Below, one piece after another: positions 39,340 through 53,457 of a DNA stretch of 64,000 nucleotides. The notes below the pieces were generated by a model. The model was not told the origin of the DNA. It saw only the letters and a list, made by a program, of their open reading frames with translations, and did no database searches. Source of the DNA: Camelus ferus (taxonomy: Eukaryota); NCBI RefSeq assembly GCF_009834535.1, contig NC_045698.1:13518001-13582000 (forward strand), in the 5' to 3' direction. The translations under genes and the position numbers were made by a program. Numbering within the stretch: the first letter of the stretch is position 1; every line of letters begins with the position of its first letter.

Positions 39340-39750
39340 GGGATCTAAATGCAATACAGTGATTTCACCTATTGGTACAATGCTGTACCGTGTACCTCTA
39401 GAACTTAAGTCATTTTGTGTAGCTTTAACTGTATACCCATTGCATAGCAGTTCCCCATTAACACTCACCCCCAGCCCCTGACAACCACTATTCTGCTCTC
39501 TGCTTCCAGGAATTTGACTATGTTAGACATTCCATATAAATTGGATCATGTAGCATCTGTCCTTCTGTGACTGGCTTATTTCACTTAGCATAATGCCTTC
39601 CAGGTTTATCTATATGTTGCCTGTGGGAAGATTTCCTTCTTTTTTAAGGCTGAATAATACTACATTGCATGTCTATTCCACATTTTTTATCCATTGATCC
39701 ATTGACAGACACTCAGGTTGTTTCCATACCTTTGTCATTGTAAATAACTC
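39340..39750 (-). mobile_element. L1MA9/L1MB-like 3' end
   Basis: ccccagcccctgacaaccactattctgctctctgcttc...ccttctgtgactggcttatttcacttagcataatg. Confidence 0.85.
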
Positions 39751-40429
39751 TGTAGTTGGAACCAAGACCTTGGAGAGATTATCTATGCTCCTATATGAAT
39801 ATTTTCCAAAAAGGATGGATGACATTAGTTATCCCAGTTGGCTAAGAGACAGCCCAAGAGAGATTTTACCAGATTCCTTAAAATACACTGTTTAGTGCCA
39901 AATGACCATTTCACAGATAACCCTAATAAAGGTTCTGTGTTACACTGTATTTCCACACATGTGAATTACAGAGATTATAAGTAAATTAAGTAGCCAGAAG
40001 AAGATTGCAGAAGAAACTATACAGAGTTAAAAATAAACAAACAAAAACCCCCACTCTGATTTAGAATGAGTTATTCTGGTTTAATCAATGATCAAAGAAC
40101 ACATTACAAAATATGAAAAAAAAATGAGTGATTTAATATATGGCGACTTGGGTCCACTCATCCATTTCAGTTTGGTCCCAGCCACCTCCATGCTGGCTGA
40201 GTAGTTCCTCAGTGGACGGGTAGTTTCTACCCTCTTCCTTCTACTCACTGTGCTGTAGCAACGTGGGCTTTTAGGACATTCTTTACACAAGAAAGTCACG
40301 TTTTCTCTAAAGCTCCTTCTGCAAGTTACTACCTTTCCACCCCCACAATATGGCTCCATCTTCGCCACATATTTTGTCTTTGTTTTAATGTCTTAAGCCT
40401 ATAATTTACCTCATCACTATTTTATACTT

Positions 40430-40580
40430 TCAGAAAATACTTATTTCTGTCTAGGTTTCTTTTCTTTAATGTCTCCTACTACTGGAAATTAAGTTCCATT
40501 AGTGTAGTACATCTGTATTCCCTGTGAACAAAACTCAGTATACAATAGACCATTGATTAATATTTCTGGAATGATTAAAT
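40430..40580 (+). mobile_element. L2 3' end
   Basis: tgtctcctactactggaaattaagttccatt...taatatttctggaatgattaaat. Confidence 0.55.
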
Positions 40581-42067
40581 TGTTGACTATTTTTCCTATT
40601 TCTGAATGAGTTCTAAGTTGATTATATCTATCTGATTTCTCTCAAATGTTTTTTTGCCATTATAACTAAGTTAAAGAGAATAATTATAATGATTATAATT
40701 ATTCAATTTCAAATAACTATTAAAAAGATGATAAGAATCATCTCTCTAAAGTGTTTCATAATCTCCTTATTTGTTGAAATTGTTGAGTCAAGAGTACGCA
40801 GTTTATTTTTCTATGATTTTCTAATCAAATAACTCACTCAATTTTCTGAGGTGATAAAATCCAGAAGTCTCTCACTAATTGAATAAATTTCATAGGAAAG
40901 AAATATAAAGAGTAAGCAACTAAACATTTGAATTGTATCTCTTTTCTATTGCCTTTAGAAGTTTTCCATTTAGATTTTTTTTTTCCTATCCAAACTTAGC
41001 TCATCAAAGGTTAAAACACATTGAATGAGGGCAAAATTCTGTGTTCTGTTACTTTAGTGACTTCTTGGAAGTTATGTGTTAGCATCCCCAAAAGATCATC
41101 AGCAGTTTTAAGGGATAAAGAGCTGGCTTTATCACCATTGACTTCAGATAAGGAGACCCAGTAGATAATTGGGCTTTTTGGTTATTGGAAGAAGCATATT
41201 CTACCCCTGGGAATACTATTAAAGTGCCTATACAAAATTATTTAACATTTGTCAAACTTAAATGAGGTTGTCTGCAATAAGAAAGTTTGAACACAGTTTA
41301 AGCAACCAGAAAGCAATCCTTAAATTCGGGCTGCTTTCTCCTCAGGTGCCATAAATAACAGGTATCTTAATACCAAATGTGAAACCTTTGTCAGTAAGAT
41401 TCTGCTAGTAATTTATGGTCTCTGGGCGTTGGACAAAGACTTTCTACAGGTACTGAATGCCACAAATACAGAGTTAGCCATCATTTCTAGAAAATTACTG
41501 ATCCCTAATACAGACAGACAATCTCAACAAAGGGTACATTTGGCTATTCAACCCAAAATGTATATCCTGCAATGAAATCAATGTTTCCCAAGTTGTGGGA
41601 AGACCGAGACAATTCCCTTGTGAAATGGAAATAGATTGTCTATTCAAATGCGAAGCTATGCCCCTAAGACTTTAACTAACTTGACAAAAAGCCATGGGAA
41701 TCCATACTCTGGTCTCATCTGCTGTTTACCTAAACCACTGGTTCACTTTAGCTCTCTTTTGGGAGATTTGTCATCTGATAATAAAGCAAAGTTCACACAT
41801 GGCACCCCCATCCTCCATAATGACAGTAGATTGTCAACAGCTTGTGCTATTGCAAATGAGGGCCGTGGGTTGAAGTTATGTATTATTTTTGTAGAGAGAC
41901 AAATTTGTCTTAAATTGAATGAAATTCATCTTAGGTTCGTGGAGTGCTGCTAAGAGCCTAGTTTTATTGTTAAATTTATTGTGTCAACCAATTACTAGAA
42001 TATTAATGACACACACAACTGGAAACAATGAAACAAATACAATAACTATCACACATTCAACCTTTAT

Positions 42068-42116
42068 GATCGATCGATCGATCGATCGATCTATGTATCT
42101 ATCTATCTATCTATCT
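42068..42116. repeat. Compound microsatellite (GATC)6-TATG-(TATC)5
   Basis: Read directly. Confidence 0.95.
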
Positions 42117-44445
42117 AATCTACCCCCAATAAAAAAGAGGTAAACTTGGAGGAAAGTTTCTGGAGTGAAGTATGTGATCAAGAATGTTTTGTCTTCATTT
42201 CTTCTCTACCCTGCTGGATACAGGCTTGATCTTACCTTGAAAATGAAGATATCGAGAAGGAATGGAATTCAAGGATTTATTTTAAAGATCTTCTACCCAA
42301 GATCAAGGACCATGGTCACTGAGCTATCATCAAATGCTTTGCCTCAACCCTCTTGTATCATGTGATTATGCATGTAAAGTTTGTTTACTGAAGATTTAGA
42401 ATTATCAGAGTGTCATATTGCATACTGTTTCAGAAATTCATTGGCTGTTTTCCCCAACCAGTTATGGCTTCCTGGCCATTGAAGTTGTAATATCCCAAGC
42501 TGCTTTATAATTTTTTGGTCATCATTCTCTTGATCATCCTCTCTCTAGATGCTTTTCCCTACCTCCTTACAGGTGTTATCAGTAGGCAACTCCATATTAT
42601 CTATTACTTTATTTAAAAACAAAACAAAAATTTAACTTCTCTTGGTTTATACATTTCCCAGTTATGCTATGCTCGATGGAGCCTCACTAACGTTTGGTGG
42701 GGAGTTTCTTTCTTTTGTTTTATTTTGTTTTCTGAATAAAGAAGCGGTTCCTTCCCTCAGGAGAATTCTTTAAAATTTTGACAATATTTTCCTCTTGAAA
42801 TTGTATCCCTGGATATGAATGGAACAATCCTGGTATGGAGATTCATAATGATACATTGTTGATTCACAGAGAAAGTTGAAACCCCCTCCTTTAAAACTGT
42901 ACTGTAGATATTGTCCACAAGTTCTGACTTCAAATGGCAGGCTGTTTTAAGAATACAAACATATCACACATTCACTGCTAATAAATGTTGTTTATTGAAG
43001 TGGTTTAGCTTGAGTAGACTCCCTAAAATGTTAAACGATCACTCTCATCGGAGGTTTATGAACGCGCTGCTTATCTGTTCTACGAGTACAAGTGAAATAG
43101 TCAAGCTGTTCATCAGTGACATGATTAGGCAGGCTCTAAAATGCTTGTAATTATGTTTAGGAAATAGCAGTTTTTCTTTAGTGATGGAGAAGCTTTTCTT
43201 CACATTTGCACTTTGTAAGCTCATAGAATGGTAACGGTAAGTGAGAAAACTTCTACTCAAGTTGAATTTTACAGGCAAAATGGTTTCTCATATTTAAGGT
43301 GAACTAGAAACAAGGATCTGAGAAAAATAAATACAGAAAAGTGCCATAGAGTTTATGAGTGTCTTTAAAGCTGCATGAAAGGCGGCTTTTATTTATTTAT
43401 TGTTTCCTTTTTCCTTTTCTTTTCTTTCCCTTCCTCATCTTGTATCACCCTTATTCCTAAAGTGGAATTTAGGAAATACAAAATTGTTACTATTAAAGGA
43501 AAGTGAGGCAGACGTTTTGCTACTCAAGTTCTGATTCACAAATATTCATCAGCTTTGAGATCACAAAAGTGCAAAGATAACATTTTTATTTATTTAAAAT
43601 TTTATTTTGTTCCATTCTTGTCACTCAGTCCATAAATTCATTTAAAAAATAATTACTAACACATTTCAGTTTATACAACCATCCTACCAATCACTGAATC
43701 CATCAATACACATTTAAACCAAGAAGGTATTTTTTGTTGTTGCTGTGTGGAATGTATCAGAAATAAAACACTTTGCCCCAAATCTTATTGTTTGAAATGA
43801 ATTCATCAATAATCTCAGACATCACCAGTTTGAGTTCCTACAGACCTTGTGAAAACGGCTATTCCACTAGGAGGAGAAACCCATTTCGTGTAGTAAACCT
43901 TCAGCAAATAAAATATTTTTGCTTTGAGAAGCGTAGTTAGCATTCTAACTGCCTGTTTGTTTTGCTACAGTAAAGAATTTTTTTTGTTAAAGCAAAATAT
44001 CGAACAGAGGAAAAACATCTGAAAGCAGAGTTAACTATGGAGACTTGTATTGACTGTGGCTGGGGAAATGCTTCCACCTGATAACAGAGTGGGTGCTGTT
44101 TCTCCACCCAGGCTAATAACCCAGGCTGCTCTTTTCAGTTATCAACGGTTGCAGGCACGGGGGTCAGGCTGCTCTGACAGGTCTGTCTGGGGGTTTGCAG
44201 CTGTGGCTGGGAGAACACAGGGCCAGGATTCCAGGCCCCCTTCCTTGCTACTGGTGAGAATACACTGGTTTCCAGACTAGCTGTGGCAGTTCTTTGTCCC
44301 TCTCTGCAGATCTTGTTAACTCTTTGTCTCAATCTGGGACAGATTAGCATACCAAAGCACCACTTCCTATGGATTTCTTGATTCTTTGTTGCATTTTATG
44401 GACTCTTGACTTTTCAGTGGACTGTTTTAATTGCAAAATTTTGCT

Positions 44446-44483
44446 TTTTTTTTAATTGAAGTACAGTCAATTGCAACGTTGCA
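44446..44483 (-). mobile_element. Very short young LINE-1 3' tail
   Basis: ttttttttaattgaagtacagtcaattgcaacgttg resembles the extreme 3' end of the L1 at 7265. Confidence 0.55.
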
Positions 44484-44799
44484 TAATGACAATTCACATC
44501 TGTCTCACCATACAAGCCAAAAACCAGTTCTGACTAATCTCCCACACCAGTCAAGATAGGCCCCCAATGCTCTAGCTTGTCCCTCAAGAGAATTTGAATA
44601 TGGTTTCTCTGCACCACAGCCATTGCCTGAAATAAAGGGGCAAGTTCCCATCATCCCATCCCACACTTTGCTACAACTGAGTGGGGTGTATCTGAGAGTG
44701 CTTCTCTCCCAGCTGATGGAGGTGAGCCCAAAGCCTCTGACTCGGGGCTCCGCTGAGCCCCTGAGCACCTTCCATAGGCTCATAGTGATCTTTTTGTTT

Positions 44800-45690
44800 T
44801 TTGGTAACCCATTACTCGAGATGGAATTCACGTACCATAGGATTCACCCACTGAGGATGTAAATTCAGTGGTTTTTCATACATTCATAAAATTGTGTAAT
44901 CATGACCAGAATCAATTTCAAAACACTCATCACCACCTTCTCTTCAAAATACTCTTTGCCCATTTTTAGTCACTTTTCAGTTTCCTCCAACCTCACTGCC
45001 ACCGGCCAACCACTAATCTATTCTGTCTCTATAGATTTGTCTAATATGAGCCTTCCAGGTAAATGAAATTATACATACATTGTCTTTTGTGACTAGTTCT
45101 TTAGTACCCTGTTTTCAGGGTTCATCCACATGGTAGTACATGTTATGCCTTCTTTCTTTTTATTGCCAAATAATATTTCACTGAATGGATATACACCACA
45201 TTATCCATTCATCTGCTGATGGGCATTTGGGTTATTTCTAATTTTTAGCTATTTTGAGCAATACTGCTCTGAACATTTGTATACAAGTTTTTGTTTGGAC
45301 ATATATTTTTATTTCTCTTGGGTCATATGGTAACTATGTTCAGCCTTTGAGAAACTGCTGGAATTTGTCAAAATGACTCCATTATTTTATATTTCCATCA
45401 GCACTTTATAAGGGTTCCAATTTCTCCATATTCTTACCTGTATCTATTTGGAAAAAATATCTGTTCAAATACATTGTCTATTATTAAATAGGATTAACTC
45501 TTTATTATTGAATTGTTTTTTATTTATATTTTGGATACAAGGCTGTTACCATGTGATTTGCATAAATTTTCTTCATATGCTGTAGGTTGTCTCCACTTTG
45601 TTAATGGTATTTTTTGAGGCACAGAAGTTCAAATTTTGGTTAAATTCAATTGATTATTTTTTTCTGTTTGTTGTTTGTGCTGTTGGTGCT
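44800..45690 (-). mobile_element. L1MB-like 3' end and ORF2 tail
   Basis: attcagtggtttttcatacattcataaaattgtgtaatc...caaccactaatct...tatccattcatctgctgatgggcatttgggtt. Confidence 0.85.
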
Positions 45691-47064
45691 CATAGTGACT
45701 CTTGATGAAGACTGATGAGTTTCATTCTGCCCCTTTTAGTCTCAATGTTAACCTCTAATTAAAAGCAATCCTGAAGCAATTGAAATAAATAAAAGGTTAA
45801 GTTCAGTGCCCAGTGGTTGTTCATCATCTATTTTTAAAACATTTTATTTCAAGTGTATAATCATGGGCATCTAAGAATCTAAACATGCACAACTTTTTTG
45901 GGAGCATAAATTTTACCTGAAATCTAAATGCAAATTTAAAATAGGTGAATGATGCAAGCTATCTGTGTATAACTTCTGGGCTTGTTATACCAGAAATAAG
46001 TGATTATTTTGTCCTTCCAGCATCATACCCACCATGACAGCTTCACCTCTCACATGCCACTGCTAGGTCATCTGATGATAGCTCTGATTTCTCCCCACAT
46101 TTATAGATTTTACTTTTTAGTATATTCAAGTTTCTTATATTTTTTTTTAAGGGACACCCCAGGTACTGCATTCCTAACCTTGTTTTATAAGAAAGATAAA
46201 GACAATGACCACAATTTTCTAGTAGGACTGATTTTGCTATGAACTGCTCAATCTGCATCATCAAATATGGATTACTGCAAGGTGAAAAAATGAGCAGTCC
46301 GCTGCCCCCAGACCCTACGGCCATCATCAACAGATATTTGGGGGCATGTGCACCAAACTGTGCGAGGCTGAACTTTTCCTGCACTTTTTTTAGTGGCTAC
46401 TTTTCCCACAGACATTGTATGCCTTCTGTTGTATGACCTGGTAACACCTGCTCTCGTGCTGAACTCTAGCACCTGTTGAATAACTATTCTTTGGCCTACT
46501 ACCGTCACATTCTTTGCCAATTGAAGCAATAACACGTTTTATAAAATTTTATATTATATATTTACATGTAAGATATTTATATTTATAATTCAAAGTTGCT
46601 GTCTCCTCACCCCAAAAAATATTGTGACAGTGCTGATGGGCACTGCTGAGAGGCATCCCAGAAGCTGCAGAGAACAACAATAAATGGCAGGTAGGGGTTA
46701 TCAGAGAAGGTGTGGTCTTACCTGCCCTGTGCTATTTATGACATGACCAAATAACTACATTTTAACAAAGCAGCTCTGTATCGTATATTTTCTGTTCTTA
46801 TGTCTCCAGCTAGCTCCCAACTCCATTTACTACCTTTTATAATAAAACATTTCCTACTTCCTGCTACAACAGATATCTTGGATAAATGTTTCACTTTATG
46901 TGGAGGTTTCTGAGGGAAGCATTTATTTCCACAGTGCTTGAATCTCAGTTTTTGCATAAATCTGGGAGTGAAAATGAAACTTGCTTGAATTAGAGCTTAG
47001 AAGCACACGTGTGCATGTGTGGATCTTTGGCCTGTGAGAGATGTGGGGTCTCACTCCAGGGTAC

Positions 47065-47425
47065 AGGTGAGCTGGGAAAAATGATTATCTTATGTAAAAC
47101 AAGAAGTTAGATTTCTACTTCACATTCTATATGGAAATCAATGCCATTTAGATTGTGACTTAAATCTTAAAAAATCAACTTTCAAAATTTTAGTAGAAAA
47201 GAAATGCAGATTTTTTAGATTTTGATGAAGAGAAGGATTATTAAGTATAAAATAAATGACTAATTAAATTTAACTATATTCAAATTTGAAACTTTGTTCA
47301 TCAAGTCACAACTTTAAGTAAATGGAAGGAAAGTTACAATATGGGAGGATATATTCATGATACAGAAACCAACAAGGAATTAGCAGGTATGATACATAAA
47401 GAACTACAGATGAATAAAACCTACA
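47065..47425 (+). mobile_element. Old L1M ORF2 fragment
   Basis: gaagttagatttctacttcacattctatatggaaatcaat...gacttaaatctt...tacataaagaactac. Confidence 0.6.
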
Positions 47426-47484
47426 GACTGTCTTGTGAATTAGAAGATTTTCCATTCTGATCATTCCATTCTGTACCTTGGAGG

Positions 47485-47669
47485 TAGGGTTGCCAGATTT
47501 AGAAAATAAAAATATTCAGTTAAATTTGAACTTCAGATAAATGGTTAATATGTTTTTTGGCATAACTATCTCACAAATATTATATGGGGCATACTTACTC
47601 ATAAAAAAGTCATTGATTATCTGAAATTTGAATTTAACTGGGTGTCCTATGCTTTAACTGGAAATTTTA
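47485..47669. mobile_element. MER53 palindromic MITE
   Basis: tagggttgccagatttagaaaataaaaat...cagttaaatttgaacttcagataa pairs with ttatctgaaatttgaatttaactg; matches the recalled MER53 consensus. Confidence 0.85.
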
Positions 47670-48630
47670 CTTTTCAAATTTGTATTGAGAATAACATAGC
47701 CTACTCAAAGGGGAGTCTCCTCTCAAGGCTTAAGCAAACTGAGACTTTACACAATTTACTTTACTTTATTGTTAGTATATAGCTATATAAATATAGATAT
47801 TATAACATAAAAAGCATGTTATTCATTATAATATATTACCATGAGTAGCTATGTGAATGGCCTTGAGAAGGTTAATAAGCTTTTACAGAAGTTTTAATAT
47901 TCCCATTTTTTAAAACAAAATAATTATATTATTATAAGAGCTCACCTGTTTCTGAAGTGTGATTTCATGAAGCTCCACTGTTGCTGATTTAAATTAAATC
48001 TGAAAATGAATAGTGTACACCATGTATGATTACCAACTTGCAGTGAATAACGGTTTCATTTCGTATCTCTTGGCTCCCCATTTAAGCCCTGTGCTTCCCA
48101 ATTACCAGCTGCAACTATATTAATGCTCGTGAGGTAGCCCTTTATCATTCAAATAGTGACACGCTAAAAAGGATTGTAGATTAGATCCTTGTCATATAAA
48201 ATACCAAATCCAAAGAAGTAACATAAAATAAGAGAGCTGCATTATTCCTGGTGCTAAGTTGGACTGCTCTGCATCTTAATAAAATGGGAAAGAATGACAA
48301 GTGACCTGTCGGAGAATTGAACTCATTGCACAGAGTTTGCAAATGAAGCAGAAGAATGTGAGAATGTACCTCATCAGCAAGTTAGGGACCACTTTGCTAT
48401 TATCACCACGCTTCATATTTCAGTTGGAATTTTTAAACCATAAGTAGAATTAAATTCAACTGACTAGAAGTAAAATATCCAAATGTACATTCTCCAAGAA
48501 CATATTCAATTTCAGTGTTTTATTTGTATTCAGGCAGATTGAAATTGAAATAATGTGAGGCAAAGAATTCATTTATTTCAGTTTCAGTGGCTCAGCCATT
48601 TATCCTGAAAGTCACCTGCAGTGCCCCTCC

Positions 48631-49703
48631 TTTTCTTTTTATTGAATTATAGTTGATTTACAATGTTGTGTTAATTCCTGATGTACATCCTAGTGATTCA
48701 TCTATGCATATATATACATATATATATACATTCTTTCTGATACTCTTTTTCATTATAGTTTATTACAAGATATTGAATATATTTCCCTCTGCTATGCAGA
48801 AGGACCTTGTTGTTTGCATATTTTATATATAATAGTGTGTATCTGCAATTCCTCAAACCCCCAATTTATCCCTCCCCACCCCCTTTCCTCCCTGGTAGCC
48901 ATTTTGTTTTCCATGTCTGTGAATCTGTTTCTGTTTTGTAAATAAGTTCATTTGTGTCATTTTTTTAGATTCCACATATAAGTGATATCTTATGATATTT
49001 TTCTTTCTCCTTCTGGCTTACTTCAGTTAGAATGACAATCTCCAGGTCCATCCATGTTGCTGAAAATGGCATTATTTATCCATTTTTATAACTGAGTAGT
49101 ATTCCATTCCGGTATATATAAAATGGAATATATATATATATATACACACACACCCACCACAACTTCTTTATCCAGTCATCTGTCCATGGACATTTAGGTT
49201 GTTTCCATATCTTAGCTATTGTATATAATGCTGCTATGGGCATTGGGGTGCACTTATCTTTTCAAACTAGAGCTTCCTCTGGATATATGTCCAGGAGTGG
49301 GATTGCTGGATTATAGGGTAAGGCTATTTTCAGGTTTGTAAGGAATCTCCATGCTGTTTTCCTTAATGGCTGCACCAGACCACATTCCCCCCAACAGTGT
49401 AGGAGGGGTCCCTTTCTCCACACCCTCTCTAGCATTTATTGTTTGTGAACATTTTAATGATGGTCATTCTAACTGGTGTAAGGTGATACCTCATTGTACT
49501 TTTTTTAAATTTAATTTTATTGAGTTATAGTCAGTTTACAATGTTGTGTCAATTTCCAGTGTAGAGCACAATTTTTCAGTTATACATGAACATACATATA
49601 TTCATTGTACTTTTGATTTGCATTTCTTTGATAATTAGTGATATTGAGCATTTTTTCATGTGCCTATTGGCCATTTGCATGTCTCCATTGGATAAATGTT
49701 TGT
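48631..49703 (-). mobile_element. Lineage-specific LINE-1 3' ~1 kb, carrying a nested insertion
   Basis: tttattgaattatagttgatttacaatgttg...tagattccacatataagtg...ccaggagtgggattgctgg...gtgatacctcattgt...gcattttttcatgtgcc. Confidence 0.9.
49504..49601 (-). mobile_element. ~100-bp younger L1 3' tail nested in the L1 above, 13-bp TSD
   Basis: TCATTGTACTTTT at 49491-49503 and 49602-49614. Confidence 0.9.
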
Positions 49704-50909
49704 TATTCTTTTTTCCTACAGATTCTTCACAATTCTCCTCTGTTGCACAGGAAGAAATGTACTGAACTACTCCAGCTGGCTTCCAGGAGGCTGTTTTAGT
49801 TTTGGCCAAAGGAGTGGGATACAGAAGTCCAAATAAGGAGGGCTGTATGTGTAAGAGAACACCTCTACTTATGTTTTTCTTTTCATCCATGTTAAAAACA
49901 AACTCAGGAACCTTAAAGTGTCTAAATTAAATGTAAAATGAATCTGAATCATATCCATGAATAAGGAGACTATTTTGAGTTAGGGAAGAACTAATGATTT
50001 TATTAATTTAAAACACATTTTTTTCAATGTTTAAAGTGTTGTATAAGAGGCAAGAAAATAGAAAAGATAGTAAACTGAAATATGGAACAATTTTTTCAAT
50101 TTACACACAGTCCACCTGAGACAATTAAATAATGGTCATCACTAATTTTTAAGATGTCTGAATTATTAACCTTTCCTCTCCTGACATTGAGGATGAAGTC
50201 GTAATTAAGAGGTTATTAAAGGATAGCAGACAGATGAAATCATAATTGTCTCATAAGCTCATGTTTCATAATGTTCTACTTATTTTATATCTTTATTTAG
50301 ATTACAAAATGTTACTACTTAAGTGGGTATATCTGTACACCTATCATTTACCCATTGTTGACATAAATCATCTTCTCATTTTATGTATTTATACACATGC
50401 ATATATAATAAAAATACGTATAAAATTATAACCCTTTTGTTAGCTTTCCCTGCTGCACTCCATTACTTTGTTCTCCAGGGACAAGCATCAGGATTCTGTT
50501 TTTAAATGTGCATTTATATATGTATATTTATGAAACATATAGTAATTATACATGAATGCTTCAATATCCATTAGTGTTATTATCCACATATTTATGTTTT
50601 CTGTAGCATTTCTCCTTATATGCTTGAGTCATACCCCTGCTAATATAGATATAAATAGATACATATATACATATATATCTATATATAAAGATGTAGGTAT
50701 ATGTGGAAAGATACAGAGGTAGACATATATGTAAATGTATAGAAATATTTTCTTTAATTGGGGTCCAATATTATAAAACGTATTTATGATAAGATTTCAG
50801 TATATTCATTACCCTCTTTATTTATAGTTGCATTAACTTTAATAATTTATATGTCAGACAAGCATCTCCTGCTACACACATACTAGTGTATCCCCTGAGT
50901 CATTGAGAG

Positions 50910-51085
50910 GCACCATGATTCAATGATTAAGGACATGGTCTTCTGATCCCAGCCAGAATTATTCAAGTCCTAGCCTCATAAACATAGATGCACAATCCTG
51001 AGCAGATAAAGAAGTTAACAAATCCTACTGTTAGATCTTTCAGGAATGCAACTTTCTTCACCAGTAGGACATCCTCCAGTGAATT
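50910..51085 (+). mobile_element. Degenerate MIR
   Basis: aatgattaaggacatggtcttctg...ttcaagtcctagcctc...cctgagcag. Confidence 0.5.
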
Positions 51086-51119
51086 TTAATATGAGATAAA
51101 ATATTATAATTTTCATAAA

Positions 51120-51715
51120 TACAAAAAATAAATGATATTCAAAGTCTTTTATGATAATAATCCTTAACAAGCTTGGAATAGGATCAAATGAATCTTTAAC
51201 TTGATAAATTATACTCATCAGAACCTACGTCAAACATAAATTGTAAAGGTAGAACGTTAAATGCATAGTCTTTAAATCAGGGAATGTGTCATGGCAGTCT
51301 GCTATTATCCATACAGCAATCTAACTGGAAATATATGCCAGTGAGAAAATTAGAACCTAAATAAATAGAAGAATAACTGTTGGAAAGGAAGAAACTGAAC
51401 TTTCTTTATTTGAAAATCATTCGATTGATTGTCTAAATGCAAACCTAGTAAGAGGGAGATCTTAAAGTTAACAAATATATATTTAAAGATGAACAAAAAT
51501 TATATTCATCAGAGGTAGATAAGATAAATACACAAGAGTCCATTGCATTTTTATAAATCACCAACAGATAGAAAACACACAGTGCCTAGGAGTAAATTTT
51601 TCAGTCTTTTTTGTCACAAAATTGTAAAACTTTAGTAAACAACATGAAAGAAGACAAAAGATTAGAGAGACATTCTGTGTTCTTGGGTAGAAAAACTCAA
51701 GTCATTTTTATTAAT
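51120..51715 (+). mobile_element. Old L1M ORF2 (RT region) fragment
   Basis: aacaagcttggaatagga...ttaacttgataaa...ttggaaaggaagaaactgaactttctttatttg...cctaggagtaaattt. Confidence 0.7.
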
Positions 51716-53434
51716 GCTAACGACATGAAATTTCCATCTGACAATGATAGAGGAAAAGATATTCTACCGTTGCTCAAAATCTGTTGTCATACATCTTACC
51801 CTCAGCAGTCAGGAAAGCAAAATGATGAAGGTTTTCCAAAGTGTATGAGGTCACAGAAGAACAAAAGTGAAGAATAGATAGAATCTGCATTGATCAAAGA
51901 TGTGTATGCTGACTTTCCATCTAAGAGCACAGTCAGAGTCCATCAAATATAAAGATATTAGTTTTATCTCATTTTTCATATACTTAATAAAATTATAGAT
52001 ACAATTATAGATACAAATATCATCAGTTTATAGTAAGAAAAAATTTTATAGCAAGCAGGTTCATAGGTTTTTAGTTGTAAAACCATCAAATATTTAAAAA
52101 TTAATGTAATGATATCGTAATGTGAAAGTGCACGACAAATTCAATTACCTTTATGTTCACTTTTATCCAAACTGTACCATCATCATAACGTATTTCTAAA
52201 CACTGATTTTTTTTTTTTTAAGTTATGATTGCAACTTAAACATGACAACTTTAACATGGCTGAGTCACCCTGGTTTGGTTATTTTAGGTTATTCAAGTTC
52301 TTACTCAGTCTTTACTTTTTGGTATCAGATTAGTAGTGAATCCCACACATCACAGTAATTAATGAATGCATCCTAGTTCATTGACTAACAGGATGACGTT
52401 CGATTGAGCACTGGGCACATTAAAGTGGTGTTGAAATTCATTATTTTATTTCACTTTCTGGTCTGACCAAATACACTGTTTTGTTCTTTTGTTGTTGTTG
52501 TACTTTTACAGGTTGACCTCTAAATCAAGTCTGCCAACACATTTACTTATTTTTGTTGATATCCAAGAATATGTTTTGTGACACTGCCTCAAGCTTACTC
52601 TCCCTCCTGATATTATTACCCCAGATTCATTATAAAATGGCATTTAAAACAGACAAAAGTTAGAAATGTGTGACAAAGTTACCATATATTGTAAATTTCA
52701 GGTTTAGAGTAATTGCCTGAAATGTAAGAAGGCTTCTTAAAAACCTGTTTTATATTCACATACTGGGTGGTGCTGCATAAAGAGGTGGAATTATGATGAC
52801 CATTCAGATCATTCAGGAATTTGAAGATTGTCAAAAGGAGACCCAGTAAATTAATCCAACACCAGTCAGACCAATATATCAAAAAGCTGATAATAGATGC
52901 AGAGGCAATCCAAGGGGCAGATATTAGATATTGATCACCAACATTATGGGAGCAATAAGATAATAAAGTAACCGTTGCACAATGGCTTTTGGAATTTTAC
53001 GATACACAGCATGAAAGGGATGGAAATACTGGCCATGTGCAAATAATGCATTGTCATTGCTTACATTTCCTCTAACAACCACATCATCATGGGAAGAGTT
53101 TGCACAGCTGGCCATCAGACAGATAGTGAAGCAGAGTACATCTATTCTTGGCTTTATTTGCATGTCTTATGTTTGTTAAGAAAAAAAAAAAAAACAAAGC
53201 AAGACAATATTTCTGCCATCTCTGGCTATTTCTTCCTTTTAGTTTTCAGTCTTTTGGCTCTCTTTGACAACTCCATAGAGAGCTGGTCCTGATCTGTAAC
53301 TTTTCTATAGAATCTTCAGTTTGGAAGGGATCTGGAAAGGTTATTTGATCCAGTCTCCTACATATTGGTGTCTATCCATCTTTGTCAAGTGTTTAGACAT
53401 TATGGATTAGCTCTTGGAAAGGAAGGATGTTAAA

Positions 53435-53457
53435 AAACAAACAAACAAACAAACAAA
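53435..53457. repeat. (AAAC)n microsatellite
   Basis: Read directly. Confidence 0.9.

Noticed and set aside
46043..46535. Overlapping ORFs on both strands as a coding exon
   Set aside because: No convincing splice-site pair or protein motif; locally higher GC explains the open frames.
49720..49850. Plus-strand exon (ttcctacag|...|gtaaga)
   Set aside because: The acceptor lies at an L1 junction and there is no other support.
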